A stretch of 26,199 nucleotides of DNA from an uncultured Candidatus Saccharibacteria bacterium (GCA_964426425.1 CAYRQI010000002.1:1-26199); one strand, 5' to 3'. Counted from the first letter of the stretch, positions 1-7,524 are shown. The notes: generated by a model not told the origin, from the sequence alone. A program made the numbers and translations.

Positions 1-1
1 C

Positions 2-505
2 TGTACTGCCGAGCGCTGTGTTGCCACCCGTGCGCGCCCTCGCACGCGTCGTGCTTGTGATCGCGCCGCTCGAGGTGGAGGTCGCCGTGATGGAAGAGCC
101 ATTGATGTTTGCGGTCGTCGAGGCAAGCTCAAGATCTATCTCTGTATCATTCAGCGTATTTGACGATGAGGCTGACGACGATGCGCTTCCTGTCTCGACA
201 TATCCTCCGTTGCTCGCATCTCCGCCCGCTCCGCCATCTCCCGCCGTTGCGCCTGCGTTGTTGAAGTTACCGCCGCCAGTGGTGGAGACTGATCCTCCCG
301 CTCCTCCCGCGCCGCCGGTGCTGCCGAACGCTGTGTTGCCGCCTGTGCTTGCACTCGCGGTCGTTGAGCTTGTAATCGAGCCTGAATTCTCGACGATCAC
401 CGTAATGGAGCTGCCGTTAATATCCGCAAAGGCAACTGATGCGACTGCGAGCGCACCGACTATTGCGGCAAAGAACACTACCCACGCATCTTTGATTATG
501 GACAT
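2..505 (-). CDS. Secreted Gly/Ser/Thr-rich repeat protein, partial (runs off the left edge; absent from the ORF track)
   Basis: Manual translation from ATG at 505: MSIIKDAWVVFFAAIVGALAVASVAFA|DINGSSITVIVENSGSITSSTTASASTGGNTAFGSTGGAGGAGG..., open to base 2. It has a signal peptide ending AFA, and the INGSSIT...TGGNTA(F/L)GST unit recurs 105 codons later (DNA repeat at 6 and 321). Confidence 0.85.
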   Translation of the reverse strand, partial: MSIIKDAWVVFFAAIVGALAVASVAFADINGSSITVIVENSGSITSSTTASASTGGNTAFGSTGGAGGAGGSVSTTGGGNFNNAGATAGDGGAGGDASNGGYVETGSASSSASSSNTLNDTEIDLELASTTANINGSSITATSTSSGAITSTTRARARTGGNTALGST

Positions 506-531
506 ACGTTAAAACTGGTAAGCGAATAACG

Positions 532-620
532 CCTGCACCTTCGTGCGGGTCGCCTACGCTTCAGGCATCGATACAGCCGCCGCGCTGTACTGATCGCTGG
601 TTCCCCTTTTCCAGATCAGT
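532..620 (-). other. Four consecutive hairpins in a probable ~120-nt 5' leader
   Basis: Inverted repeats at 589-620, 572-589, 552-566 and 532-549 lie between an extended -10 (634-642) and the ATG at 505. Confidence 0.5.
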
Positions 621-633
621 GCAAAGCAAAGAA

Positions 634-642
634 ATCATACCA
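634..642 (-). promoter_or_regulatory. Extended -10 promoter TGGTATGAT for the repeat protein
   Basis: Matches TGnTAnnnT, about 130 nt upstream of ATG 505. Confidence 0.5.
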
Positions 643-784
643 TGCGATACGACCTCTGTTGGTCAGAGTGAGACATAGGTGTGAATTATGTATGAGCACC
701 TTGTGGAATCATTGAGAACGAGACGAAGCGCCGCAGCCCAAAATCGCCCGCCGCGGCCAGGGAGAGGTTTTTAGTAGACATGCC

Positions 785-1003
785 CTAGTCGATCGAGAAG
801 ATTTTGGAGGGCGAGCGGCGACCGCGGATGATACGAACGCGATTCTTCGGCACCTTGAAATGCAGCGCGACAAGCTCAACGGCACGGCGATTCGCCGCGT
901 TCTCAAGCGGCTTCTCCCGCACCGATATCTTGAGCGTATGCGGCGATAGTGGCTCGAAGCTCTCTTTGCGGGCATTTGCGCACACTCGCACCTTCACCAA
1001 CAT
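785..1003 (-). CDS. DUF167/YggU (UPF0235) family protein
   Basis: VKVRVCANARKE...LKISVREKPLENAANRRAVELVALHF...VRIIRGRRSPSK fits the DUF167 pattern. Start moved from 1009 to 1003 because TGGTATGGT sits 6 nt upstream. Confidence 0.85.
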   Translation of the reverse strand: MLVKVRVCANARKESFEPLSPHTLKISVREKPLENAANRRAVELVALHFKVPKNRVRIIRGRRSPSKIFSID

Positions 1004-1127
1004 GCGCATACCATACCATCAGCGCAGAAAAACGCAGCCATAGTCGCCGCTCGCTTGGCCGTCGCTTGCTCAAAAAGACACAGGCAAGCTCGTTATTTTG
1101 CTCGCTTAGCCAAGCTATAATAACGCA

Positions 1128-3728
1128 ATGGCACTCGATTCCAGAACTCTTTCTGCAAGCTTCTCAAGCATGTCGGAAGCTGCTACGGCAGAGGCGCTCG
1201 AAACCGACATTCACCGTGGCCTCTTGGAAGAAGAAGCGAAGCGGCGGCAGGAACTATTCGGCGCAAACTCGATCGAGAAGGTGCACCGCGCCTCCTCCCT
1301 CGGTATCTTTTTCAAACAGTTTGAAAGCCCCTTGATCCTCATCCTCCTCGCCGCAGCGACAACGACACTCGCTATCTCCCACTATCGCGATTCGCTCTTC
1401 ATCCTCATCGCCATTCTTGCGAACGTGGGATTGGGCTTCTTTCAGGAACACAAAGCCGAACGCGCGCTCTCCGAGCTCAAGAGCTACCTGCGCGAGCGCG
1501 CGCGAGTCGTGCGGGCTGGGAAAGAGCGTGAGATCGATGCAGAGCGCCTGGTGCCCGGCGATATCATCCGCCTCTCGCAGGGCGACCGCGTGCCGGCAGA
1601 TGCGCGCATCGTCTTTGGGAACGACCTTGAGATCGACGAGGCGATCCTCACCGGCGAATCACTCCCCGTAGAAAAATCCGCCGAGCCTGTCCCCGCAAAC
1701 GCTGAACCTGCCGATCAGCGCTCGATGGCCTTCGCCGGCACCTTGGTGACGCAGGGCGTCGGCACAGGGATCATCTGCCGCACCGGAAGCTCGACGGAAT
1801 TCGGAAAGATCGCGACACTCGTCGCACGCGCAGAACACGAAGCAACACCTCTGCAAATGGCGATCCAGAAGTTTTCTCTCCGCGCAAGCGTCTTTTTGGC
1901 GGCACTCACGGGAATTGTTTTCTTCGCCGGCGTCGTAGCGGGACACTCATACATCGACATGTTCCTCACGTCAGTCGCGATCGCGGTTGCCGCTATCCCC
2001 GAGGGACTCCCTGTCGCGCTCACGGTAATCCTCGCGGTCGGCGTCGAGCGAATGGCGAAACGAAACGGCGTTGTGCGAAAGCTCGTCGCAGCCGAAGCCT
2101 TGGGTGACGTGACTGTCATCCTCACTGACAAAACGGGCACGCTCACCATGGCAAAGATGGAGCTCTCAAGCATCGTGCCGGCGCGGGGGCAAGATGAGAA
2201 CCGCTTACTCGAGCGCGCGCTCCTCAACGCGAACGTTCTCATCGAGAACAAGGAGGATCCGCCGAACGAGTGGCGCATGAGCGGGCCTATCATGGAAGTC
2301 GCTCTCGTCCGCGCATCCGCGGCACGAGGTGTCGACGTCGCACGCGTAAAGAAGGAGGCGCAGATTGGGCAGATGCTTCCCTTCAACGCGGTGAACAAAT
2401 TCTCGGTCTCGCTGCTGCGCGAGGGCAAGGGCTATCGGCTCATCTTCTTCGGCGCGCCGGACCTCCTCGTTTCTCGCTCGACGCTTCCCGAGGCGGAGCG
2501 CCGCGCCATGCTTGCGACGATCGATTCGCTCGCGCGTGAAGGAAAACGCGTACTCGGTGTCGCGAGCAAAGAGACGCATCGGCACCACGACCTTTCCCTA
2601 TCGCAAAAGCTCGATGCCGAGCATCTCGAGTTTGAGGGTCTGATCACCTTTTCCGATCCGGTGCGGTCGAGCGTGGTCGAAGCAATACGGCGTGTCGAGC
2701 GCGCCGGCATCAAGACGGTCATCGTCACCGGCGACCACCTCGGCACGGCAGAAACTATCGCGCGCGCAGCGGGCCTCCCGCTCGACCGAGGCTCTGCCAT
2801 AGAAGCACGAGAACTCATGCAGTTCGACGATGCTGCATTCGCGAAGCGACTCGCAACGCTTCGCGTCATCGCGCGGGTCTCGCCCTTGGAGAAGGTGCGT
2901 ATTGTGCGCGCACTCAAGCAATCGGGAGAGGTCGTCGCAATGACGGGCGATGGCGTGAACGACGCGCCAAGTATTAAGGAAGCAGATGTTGGCGTCTCGA
3001 TGGGCTCGGGCACGGAAGTCGCCCGAAACGTGGCCGACCTCGTTCTTCTCGATGACAATTTCGAGACGATTGCCGCAGCGATAGACGAAGGCCGACAGAT
3101 CATGAGCAACATCCGCAAGGTTATCGTCTATTTGCTCTCGACCGTTATGGATGAGCTCGTTCTCATCGGCGGAGCGCTCGTTGCCGGCGCCGCGCTTCCC
3201 CTCAACGCGCTGCAGATTCTATGGGTCAATTTCTTTTCTGACAGTTTCCCGGCAGTTGCCTTCGCGTTCGAGAAAGACACCGATGGTCTCTCGTCACGCT
3301 CACGCTCTTCGCGGCGTGAACTTTTCGACCCGCTGATGCGCTTCCTTGTTCTCGTCGTCGGCCTCTCGTCAAGCGCTTTCCTGCTCGCGCTCTACCTCGT
3401 ACTGCTGTACGCGGGCTACGACGAGGCGCTCGTGCGCACCTTCATCTTCGCCTGCTTCGGAAGCTACACGCTTTTCGTCGCCTTCTCGGTAAAAAGCCTC
3501 GAGAAGAGTATCTTCTCCTACTCGCCGCTCTCTAACCTCTACCTCGTCGCAGGTATCAGTATCGGCGTCGTGCTTATGCTCGCCGCCGTGTACATGCCCT
3601 TCATGCAGTCGTTGTTTGGCACTGTGGCCTTGCCGCCGCTGTGGCTCGCGGCCGTCCTCGGCGTGGGAGCGCTCAACATAGGCGCGATCGAGATCGGTAA
3701 GTGGCTTTTCCGCGGGCGGTTGCTATGA
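1128..3728 (+). CDS. Cation-transporting P-type ATPase (type II, Ca2+-ATPase-like)
   Basis: TGES actuator motif, PEGL, DKTGT phosphorylation site, MAFAGT, TGD and GDGVNDAPS motifs, and a C-terminal TM bundle. TATAAT at 1116-1121 lies 6 nt before the ATG. Confidence 0.95.
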   Translation: MALDSRTLSASFSSMSEAATAEALETDIHRGLLEEEAKRRQELFGANSIEKVHRASSLGIFFKQFESPLILILLAAATTTLAISHYRDSLFILIAILANVGLGFFQEHKAERALSELKSYLRERARVVRAGKEREIDAERLVPGDIIRLSQGDRVPADARIVFGNDLEIDEAILTGESLPVEKSAEPVPANAEPADQRSMAFAGTLVTQGVGTGIICRTGSSTEFGKIATLVARAEHEATPLQMAIQKFSLRASVFLAALTGIVFFAGVVAGHSYIDMFLTSVAIAVAAIPEGLPVALTVILAVGVERMAKRNGVVRKLVAAEALGDVTVILTDKTGTLTMAKMELSSIVPARGQDENRLLERALLNANVLIENKEDPPNEWRMSGPIMEVALVRASAARGVDVARVKKEAQIGQMLPFNAVNKFSVSLLREGKGYRLIFFGAPDLLVSRSTLPEAERRAMLATIDSLAREGKRVLGVASKETHRHHDLSLSQKLDAEHLEFEGLITFSDPVRSSVVEAIRRVERAGIKTVIVTGDHLGTAETIARAAGLPLDRGSAIEARELMQFDDAAFAKRLATLRVIARVSPLEKVRIVRALKQSGEVVAMTGDGVNDAPSIKEADVGVSMGSGTEVARNVADLVLLDDNFETIAAAIDEGRQIMSNIRKVIVYLLSTVMDELVLIGGALVAGAALPLNALQILWVNFFSDSFPAVAFAFEKDTDGLSSRSRSSRRELFDPLMRFLVLVVGLSSSAFLLALYLVLLYAGYDEALVRTFIFACFGSYTLFVAFSVKSLEKSIFSYSPLSNLYLVAGISIGVVLMLAAVYMPFMQSLFGTVALPPLWLAAVLGVGALNIGAIEIGKWLFRGRLL

Positions 3729-4750
3729 CGTCTTCTATGATGCAATCGAACGCGCGTGTACTCGTCGTTGGACGGAGAACAAGGTCTCGCGTCCGACGCA
3801 CGCGCCCCCGTGGAGGAAGGACCGCCAAAGGCGGTGTTGGGAAACCGAGAGGTTTCCCAGACGGGGGTCGGGGGCGCGTGTTGCTTGTCGGTGGTTCTGA
3901 GGATTTTGTTGGCGCGCCGTATCTCGCAGGCATCTCGGCGCTCCGCTCCGGCGCCGAATCGGTCATCGTGATGGCTCCGGAGCGCGTTGCGTGGGCTATC
4001 AACGCACTCTCCCCCGATCTCATGACGCGAAAACTCAAAGGCTCACACCTCACGATGGCGCACGCGGAGACAATCAAAAAGCAAGCGGAAACCGCAGATA
4101 TCCTCGTGCTCGGTAATGGTGTCGGCATGAAGCCCGCGACAGAGAAGCTGATGCGCTTCCTTATGCGCCTTCCCATGCAAAAAGTGATAGATGCCGACGC
4201 ACTAAAGGCGCTTCGCAGCGCATCCGTGCAAAACGCGATACTCACGCCAAACGAAGGAGAGTGGCGCTCGCTCGAAACCCGAAGCGACATCCGCGCGCTT
4301 TTAAATAATAAGAACATTATTGTGAAGAAAGGATTTCCCACGAAAATACTCGCTAAAGGGCGGACGATCGTCATGCAACGAACGAATAGGGGCCTCCGGA
4401 AAGCTGGTACGGGAGATGTGCTCGCCGGTCTCATCGCCGGATACCTAGCGCAGGGACTCTCGCTGATCGAGGCCGCACAAGAAGCCTGCACGACAGGCAA
4501 TGCTATCGCCGACGTTCTCACAAAGAAAAAGAAAGGTTACTACTTCCTTGCAAGCGACATCGCGAAAGAGCTTAGTAGCATCAAAGCGAGAGCGGGAGCG
4601 CTCTTCCGTCTTAAGCGAGGAGGTGTTGTGTTGCGAGGGTCTTCGCGCAGGCCGACGAGGCCGAGCGGGAGCGCGGCGCGAGCACGCGCCGACGCGACCC
4701 GAGCAATACAACATCTCCGAGCGACTACTTCAATTTCCGGAAAAATCTAA
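3725..4750 (+). CDS. nnrD: ADP-dependent NAD(P)H-hydrate dehydratase (YjeF C-terminal / carbohydrate kinase family) with repeat-derived N-terminal insert and C-terminal tail
   Basis: GRVLLVGGSEDFVGAPYLAG..ALRSGA, LGNG, IDADAL, LTPNEGE and KAGTGDVLAG motifs. ATG 3725 overlaps the ATPase stop (ATGA); exact start uncertain. Confidence 0.85.
   Translation: MTSSMMQSNARVLVVGRRTRSRVRRTRPRGGRTAKGGVGKPRGFPDGGRGRVLLVGGSEDFVGAPYLAGISALRSGAESVIVMAPERVAWAINALSPDLMTRKLKGSHLTMAHAETIKKQAETADILVLGNGVGMKPATEKLMRFLMRLPMQKVIDADALKALRSASVQNAILTPNEGEWRSLETRSDIRALLNNKNIIVKKGFPTKILAKGRTIVMQRTNRGLRKAGTGDVLAGLIAGYLAQGLSLIEAAQEACTTGNAIADVLTKKKKGYYFLASDIAKELSSIKARAGALFRLKRGGVVLRGSSRRPTRPSGSAARARADATRAIQHLRATTSISGKI
3799..3880. 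repeat. Nested palindromic (REP-like) element inside the nnrD reading frame
   Basis: A 12-bp terminal inverted repeat CACGCGCCCCCG/CGGGGGCGCGTG encloses the hairpins ACCGCC-AAA-GGCGGT and TGGGAAACC-GAGA-GGTTTCCCA. An alternative 7-bp pair CCCCCGT/ACGGGGG spans 3805-3867 (63 bp). Confidence 0.8.
4615..4722 (+). repeat. Structured dispersed element, family A, copy 1
   Basis: 16-bp outer stem 4619-4634/4703-4718, GGGTC/GACCC stem, inner hairpins GGCC/GGCC and GGCGCG/CGCGCC, core AGCGGGAGCGC at 4664-4674. Homologous to 7362-7452 and 21222-21331. Confidence 0.85.
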
Positions 4751-5372
4751 ACAGCCGAGGAGTGAACGGCAACCGCGCTTGCCTGTACATCCAGAAGTAA
4801 CCGGCAATGCTTACGATGAGCGCTCCCGCAGCCGCCGCGACCAAATCCCACATCGTGTCGGCGTTGCCGTTTTGCCAATCGACGCCGAATATCGAATCAG
4901 CGGTAAATTCCACAAGTTCCCACACGACACCGATCGCGAGTGAGAAGGTTACCGAAAAAAATGATACGAAGCCCGGGCTCAAGTCGAGGTGAACTGACTC
5001 CTCTTCATTGAGTGTATACACCAAGACGAAGCCCGCGACACCGAGAATGAGACCGGACTGGAAATGGACAACCTTGTCCCAGAGCGGAATGTAATCATAG
5101 AAGTTCGCCAAATGACCAAGAAAGAGCGTCGCGAACACGAAACAGACTATTCCCAAATCAAGGGTAAATGGCAGATAGAACCGGTAGCGGTGCTTTAAGA
5201 CCGATGGCGCCGACATGAGAACGAAAACGAGCACCGTGCTGAAAACGGATGCCCAATCACCTCGAAGCCCGAAGTAGAGAGCCGCAACAAGGATAGCCGC
5301 ACGCAGCCCGTAATAGACAAAAAGCGTATAGCGGTTGCGGTACGCCTCCGATATTGCGGCAGAGTCCTCCAT
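4725..5372 (-). CDS. Multi-pass membrane protein, DUF2238/YjdF-like
   Basis: Several hydrophobic helices with the WDKVVHF..G, WELVEF..D and Q....DTMWDL motifs typical of this family. Confidence 0.75.
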   Translation of the reverse strand: MEDSAAISEAYRNRYTLFVYYGLRAAILVAALYFGLRGDWASVFSTVLVFVLMSAPSVLKHRYRFYLPFTLDLGIVCFVFATLFLGHLANFYDYIPLWDKVVHFQSGLILGVAGFVLVYTLNEEESVHLDLSPGFVSFFSVTFSLAIGVVWELVEFTADSIFGVDWQNGNADTMWDLVAAAAGALIVSIAGYFWMYRQARLPFTPRLFRFFRKLK

Positions 5373-5415
5373 AGAGAGATCGTAAGAGAGATCGTAGCAT
5401 ACGGAAATCTGCGAC

Positions 5416-5452
5416 CCGGGGGTTAACCCGAAGGTTTAACCTCCGGTAGACA
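5416..5452. repeat. REP doublet of the family flanking the RAYT gene
   Basis: CCGGGGGTTAACC-CGAA-GGTTTAACCTCCGG followed by TAGACA. Same half-sites and tail as 16630-16654 and 17352-17376. Confidence 0.8.
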
Positions 5453-5484
5453 TCTATTGAATCGCATTACGTAGTTTTTTTGTA

Positions 5485-5913
5485 TCAGTACCAAGCCCCA
5501 GCCCACGGGTCATACAGCCACTGGTGCGGATCGTAGACATAGTCCGGATAACATCCGTAGCCGCTGTAGCAGTAGTCATATGGGTTGTACCAATAACCGT
5601 ACGTATATGTCGGATAGTAGAAGTACGTGTCGTATGGGTAGTACCAGTAATCGTAATAGTATGTGGGATACGTATACGTCGGATACGAGTACGAGTACGA
5701 AGGATATGCGTATGACGAGTATGTGTACTGCGGCGCGCTCACATGCACATACGGAGATGTATTGATGTAGGTGTAAGGTGAGAAATTGTGGTACGAGTAG
5801 TTGCCGCTTGGCACCCGATACGGATACGAATAGTAGTACTGGGCGAGTGCCGGCGTTGGCGCGAGGATCGCGAGCACTCCAAGCAAGACACCATATGCAA
5901 GCGTCTGCTTCAT
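5485..5913 (-). CDS. Secreted tyrosine-rich low-complexity protein
   Basis: Signal peptide (MKQTLAYGVLLGVLAILAPTPALA). I count 42 Tyr in the ~118-aa mature part. TGCTACTGT lies 7 nt before the ATG. Confidence 0.8.
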   Translation of the reverse strand: MKQTLAYGVLLGVLAILAPTPALAQYYYSYPYRVPSGNYSYHNFSPYTYINTSPYVHVSAPQYTYSSYAYPSYSYSYPTYTYPTYYYDYWYYPYDTYFYYPTYTYGYWYNPYDYCYSGYGCYPDYVYDPHQWLYDPWAGAWY

Positions 5914-5996
5914 ATCTACAACAGTAGCAACATCGCGATACGCATGGCAAGAGGAGAATAAAGACGCGCCCTGTTTGTTATACTGCCGTCAACTCC

Positions 5997-6122
5997 ATGA
6001 CAAAAACTATGGCCATAACGCTTGGCATTCTTCTCCTCTTGAGTTTTTTGTTTTTTGTGTCGCCAGTGGGGCGATACGTCGCGAGCTCCCCCTTTTCAGC
6101 GATCCGACAGTTAGATTACTAA
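5997..6122 (+). CDS. Putative 41-aa single-TM small protein (below ORF-track cutoff)
   Basis: MTKTMAITLGILLLLSFLFFVSPVGRYVASSPFSAIRQLDY*. TGTTATACT extended -10 at 5976-5984. The stop overlaps the convergent gene's stop in CTAA, as at 9788-9791 and 16299-16302. Confidence 0.55.
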   Translation: MTKTMAITLGILLLLSFLFFVSPVGRYVASSPFSAIRQLDY

Positions 6123-7276
6123 TCCAATAATTCTGTGCCGCCCCACTCGACAACGCTGAATCCTCTTCGCTCGAATGGTTGTATCTCTTGCGGAGTAACA
6201 TCCTTGTAGTGATCAAGTGCCCTGAAAGCCATAAACACGCGCAGCATCGAATCTGGTTTCGGAGAAATAGAGAGCGGCGCGCTCTTCTCATATTCTTCGC
6301 CAACGAACTGAATGAAATTGTACGGATTGTCCTCCATCTTCGGAAGCCAGAAGACAATAAATTCATTGTACTCGCGAGGAATTAGACCCAATTCCGCCAG
6401 CTTTGTTTGGAGAAATTCACGCGTCTCGCTCCCCTTCACGACGAATCCTTTCGTTTCGTCTATGTTCAGATCGTATTCCTTCCCCTCCCAGAAGAGGTAG
6501 CTGTACTCTCTCCCGTCCGCGAGATTTATGAGCGTGCCATCAGGACGCGCTATCACCCGCCATCCTTCGATGGATTGGTTGTAGGAAGGATAGGTATAGG
6601 CAAGCATGCCACCGAACCGCAACTTCACGGAGACCTCTTGTGTGGTGGACGGATACAGATATATAACTGGCTTCTTGACGGCCGTCGGATATGCGTCGTA
6701 TGGATACCCGGTATCGATCCTCACCCAATCGCCGTTTTTGCATTGGTATCGAACGATCATTCCAGGATCACATGCAACGCAGCGCTGCATGGCCGAATCA
6801 GGAACGGCCGTTGCCGATTGATAACCCGAAAGAGGTGTAAAAGGCATAATCGTCCCTTCAGGGAAAGTCTGACCATTCCATATACACGAGGTTGTTTTCT
6901 GCGGCGGCGTTCTGCACGCGATAAGCTCGTCTTGGGTGGACTTGAGTTGCGTCTTTGTGAGCGCGAGTTCCGACTGCGCCGATGCGAGCGTCGCGTTTGC
7001 AGTGGAGAGCTGACTGTTCACGGACGAGAGCACGCTTTTAGTCGTCGAGAGTTCGGTGCGAGCAGCTGCAGCGTCTTTCTGCGAGGCGGAAAGCTGCGTT
7101 TTGAGGTCGGCAAGTTGCGAGTCGAGCATTTGAATGAGTTGTTTCTGGATCGCGATGATTTGATTAAACAACGAGAATGTTTGCGCGTAAAAGTCTTCAG
7201 TTGTAAGAGCGCTGGCAGAGAACGGGAGCAGAGCTGCAAGGGCAAGTGCCGCGGCCAACTTTCGTACGGAACGCAT
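6119..7276 (-). CDS. Secreted modular protein: signal peptide, coiled coil, Cys-containing linker, conserved uncharacterised C-terminal domain
   Basis: Heptad-like LADLKTQLSASQKDAAAARTEL stretch, CIWNG...CVACDPG...YQCKNGDW segment, and a KPVIYLYP...YLFWEG...RVFM...VVEWGG domain. TATACT lies 6 nt before the ATG. Confidence 0.85.
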   Translation of the reverse strand: MRSVRKLAAALALAALLPFSASALTTEDFYAQTFSLFNQIIAIQKQLIQMLDSQLADLKTQLSASQKDAAAARTELSTTKSVLSSVNSQLSTANATLASAQSELALTKTQLKSTQDELIACRTPPQKTTSCIWNGQTFPEGTIMPFTPLSGYQSATAVPDSAMQRCVACDPGMIVRYQCKNGDWVRIDTGYPYDAYPTAVKKPVIYLYPSTTQEVSVKLRFGGMLAYTYPSYNQSIEGWRVIARPDGTLINLADGREYSYLFWEGKEYDLNIDETKGFVVKGSETREFLQTKLAELGLIPREYNEFIVFWLPKMEDNPYNFIQFVGEEYEKSAPLSISPKPDSMLRVFMAFRALDHYKDVTPQEIQPFERRGFSVVEWGGTELLD

Positions 7277-7361
7277 GTAAAAAGTATAGAAGTCGGCAAC
7301 GGAATCGCAAATAAGTATTGGGGAAAAGACTGCCGCTATCTATCGTGTCTCGAGAGCCGAT

Positions 7362-7452
7362 AGCGAAGAGATATTGCATCGTGAGGGTCTTCGCGAAGGC
7401 GCGCGAGCGCCAAGCGGGAGCGCAGCGCGAGCACGCAGCGACACGACTCGAA
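7362..7452 (+). repeat. Structured dispersed element, family A, copy 2 (right outer arm decayed)
   Basis: GAGGGTCTTCGCG, hairpin GGCGC-GCGA-GCGCC, core AGCGGGAGCGC at 7413-7423, then GCGAGCACGC and GACTC. Confidence 0.8.
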
Positions 7453-7489
7453 AACAGATTGTGGCGGGATCGCATAAGGGTAATCCACG

Positions 7490-7518
7490 TTGCTCTGCAA
7501 GCGCTTGCAGTATATCCT
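7490..7518 (+). promoter_or_regulatory. sigma70-type promoter of serC with a perfect 16-bp palindrome in the spacer
   Basis: TTGCTC (7490-7495), 17 nt, TATCCT (7513-7518), 6 nt, ATG. CTGCAAGCGCTTGCAG occupies 7495-7510. Confidence 0.6.
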
Positions 7519-7524
7519 CCATTG

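Noticed and set aside
18-512. 164-aa Pro/Ala-rich + strand ORF
   Set aside because: Antisense shadow of the minus-strand repeat protein: Pro runs mirror Gly codons, and the opposite frame has a signal peptide and a promoter.
762-780. GAGGTTT...TAGACA resembling a decayed RAYT REP
   Set aside because: No second arm, and the match is too short.
3752-3895. ARVLVVG echoing GRVLLVG 40 codons apart in nnrD (possible target duplication)
   Set aside because: The 8-bp DNA repeat is 122 bp apart, out of register with the 120-bp peptide echo. Chance similarity cannot be excluded.
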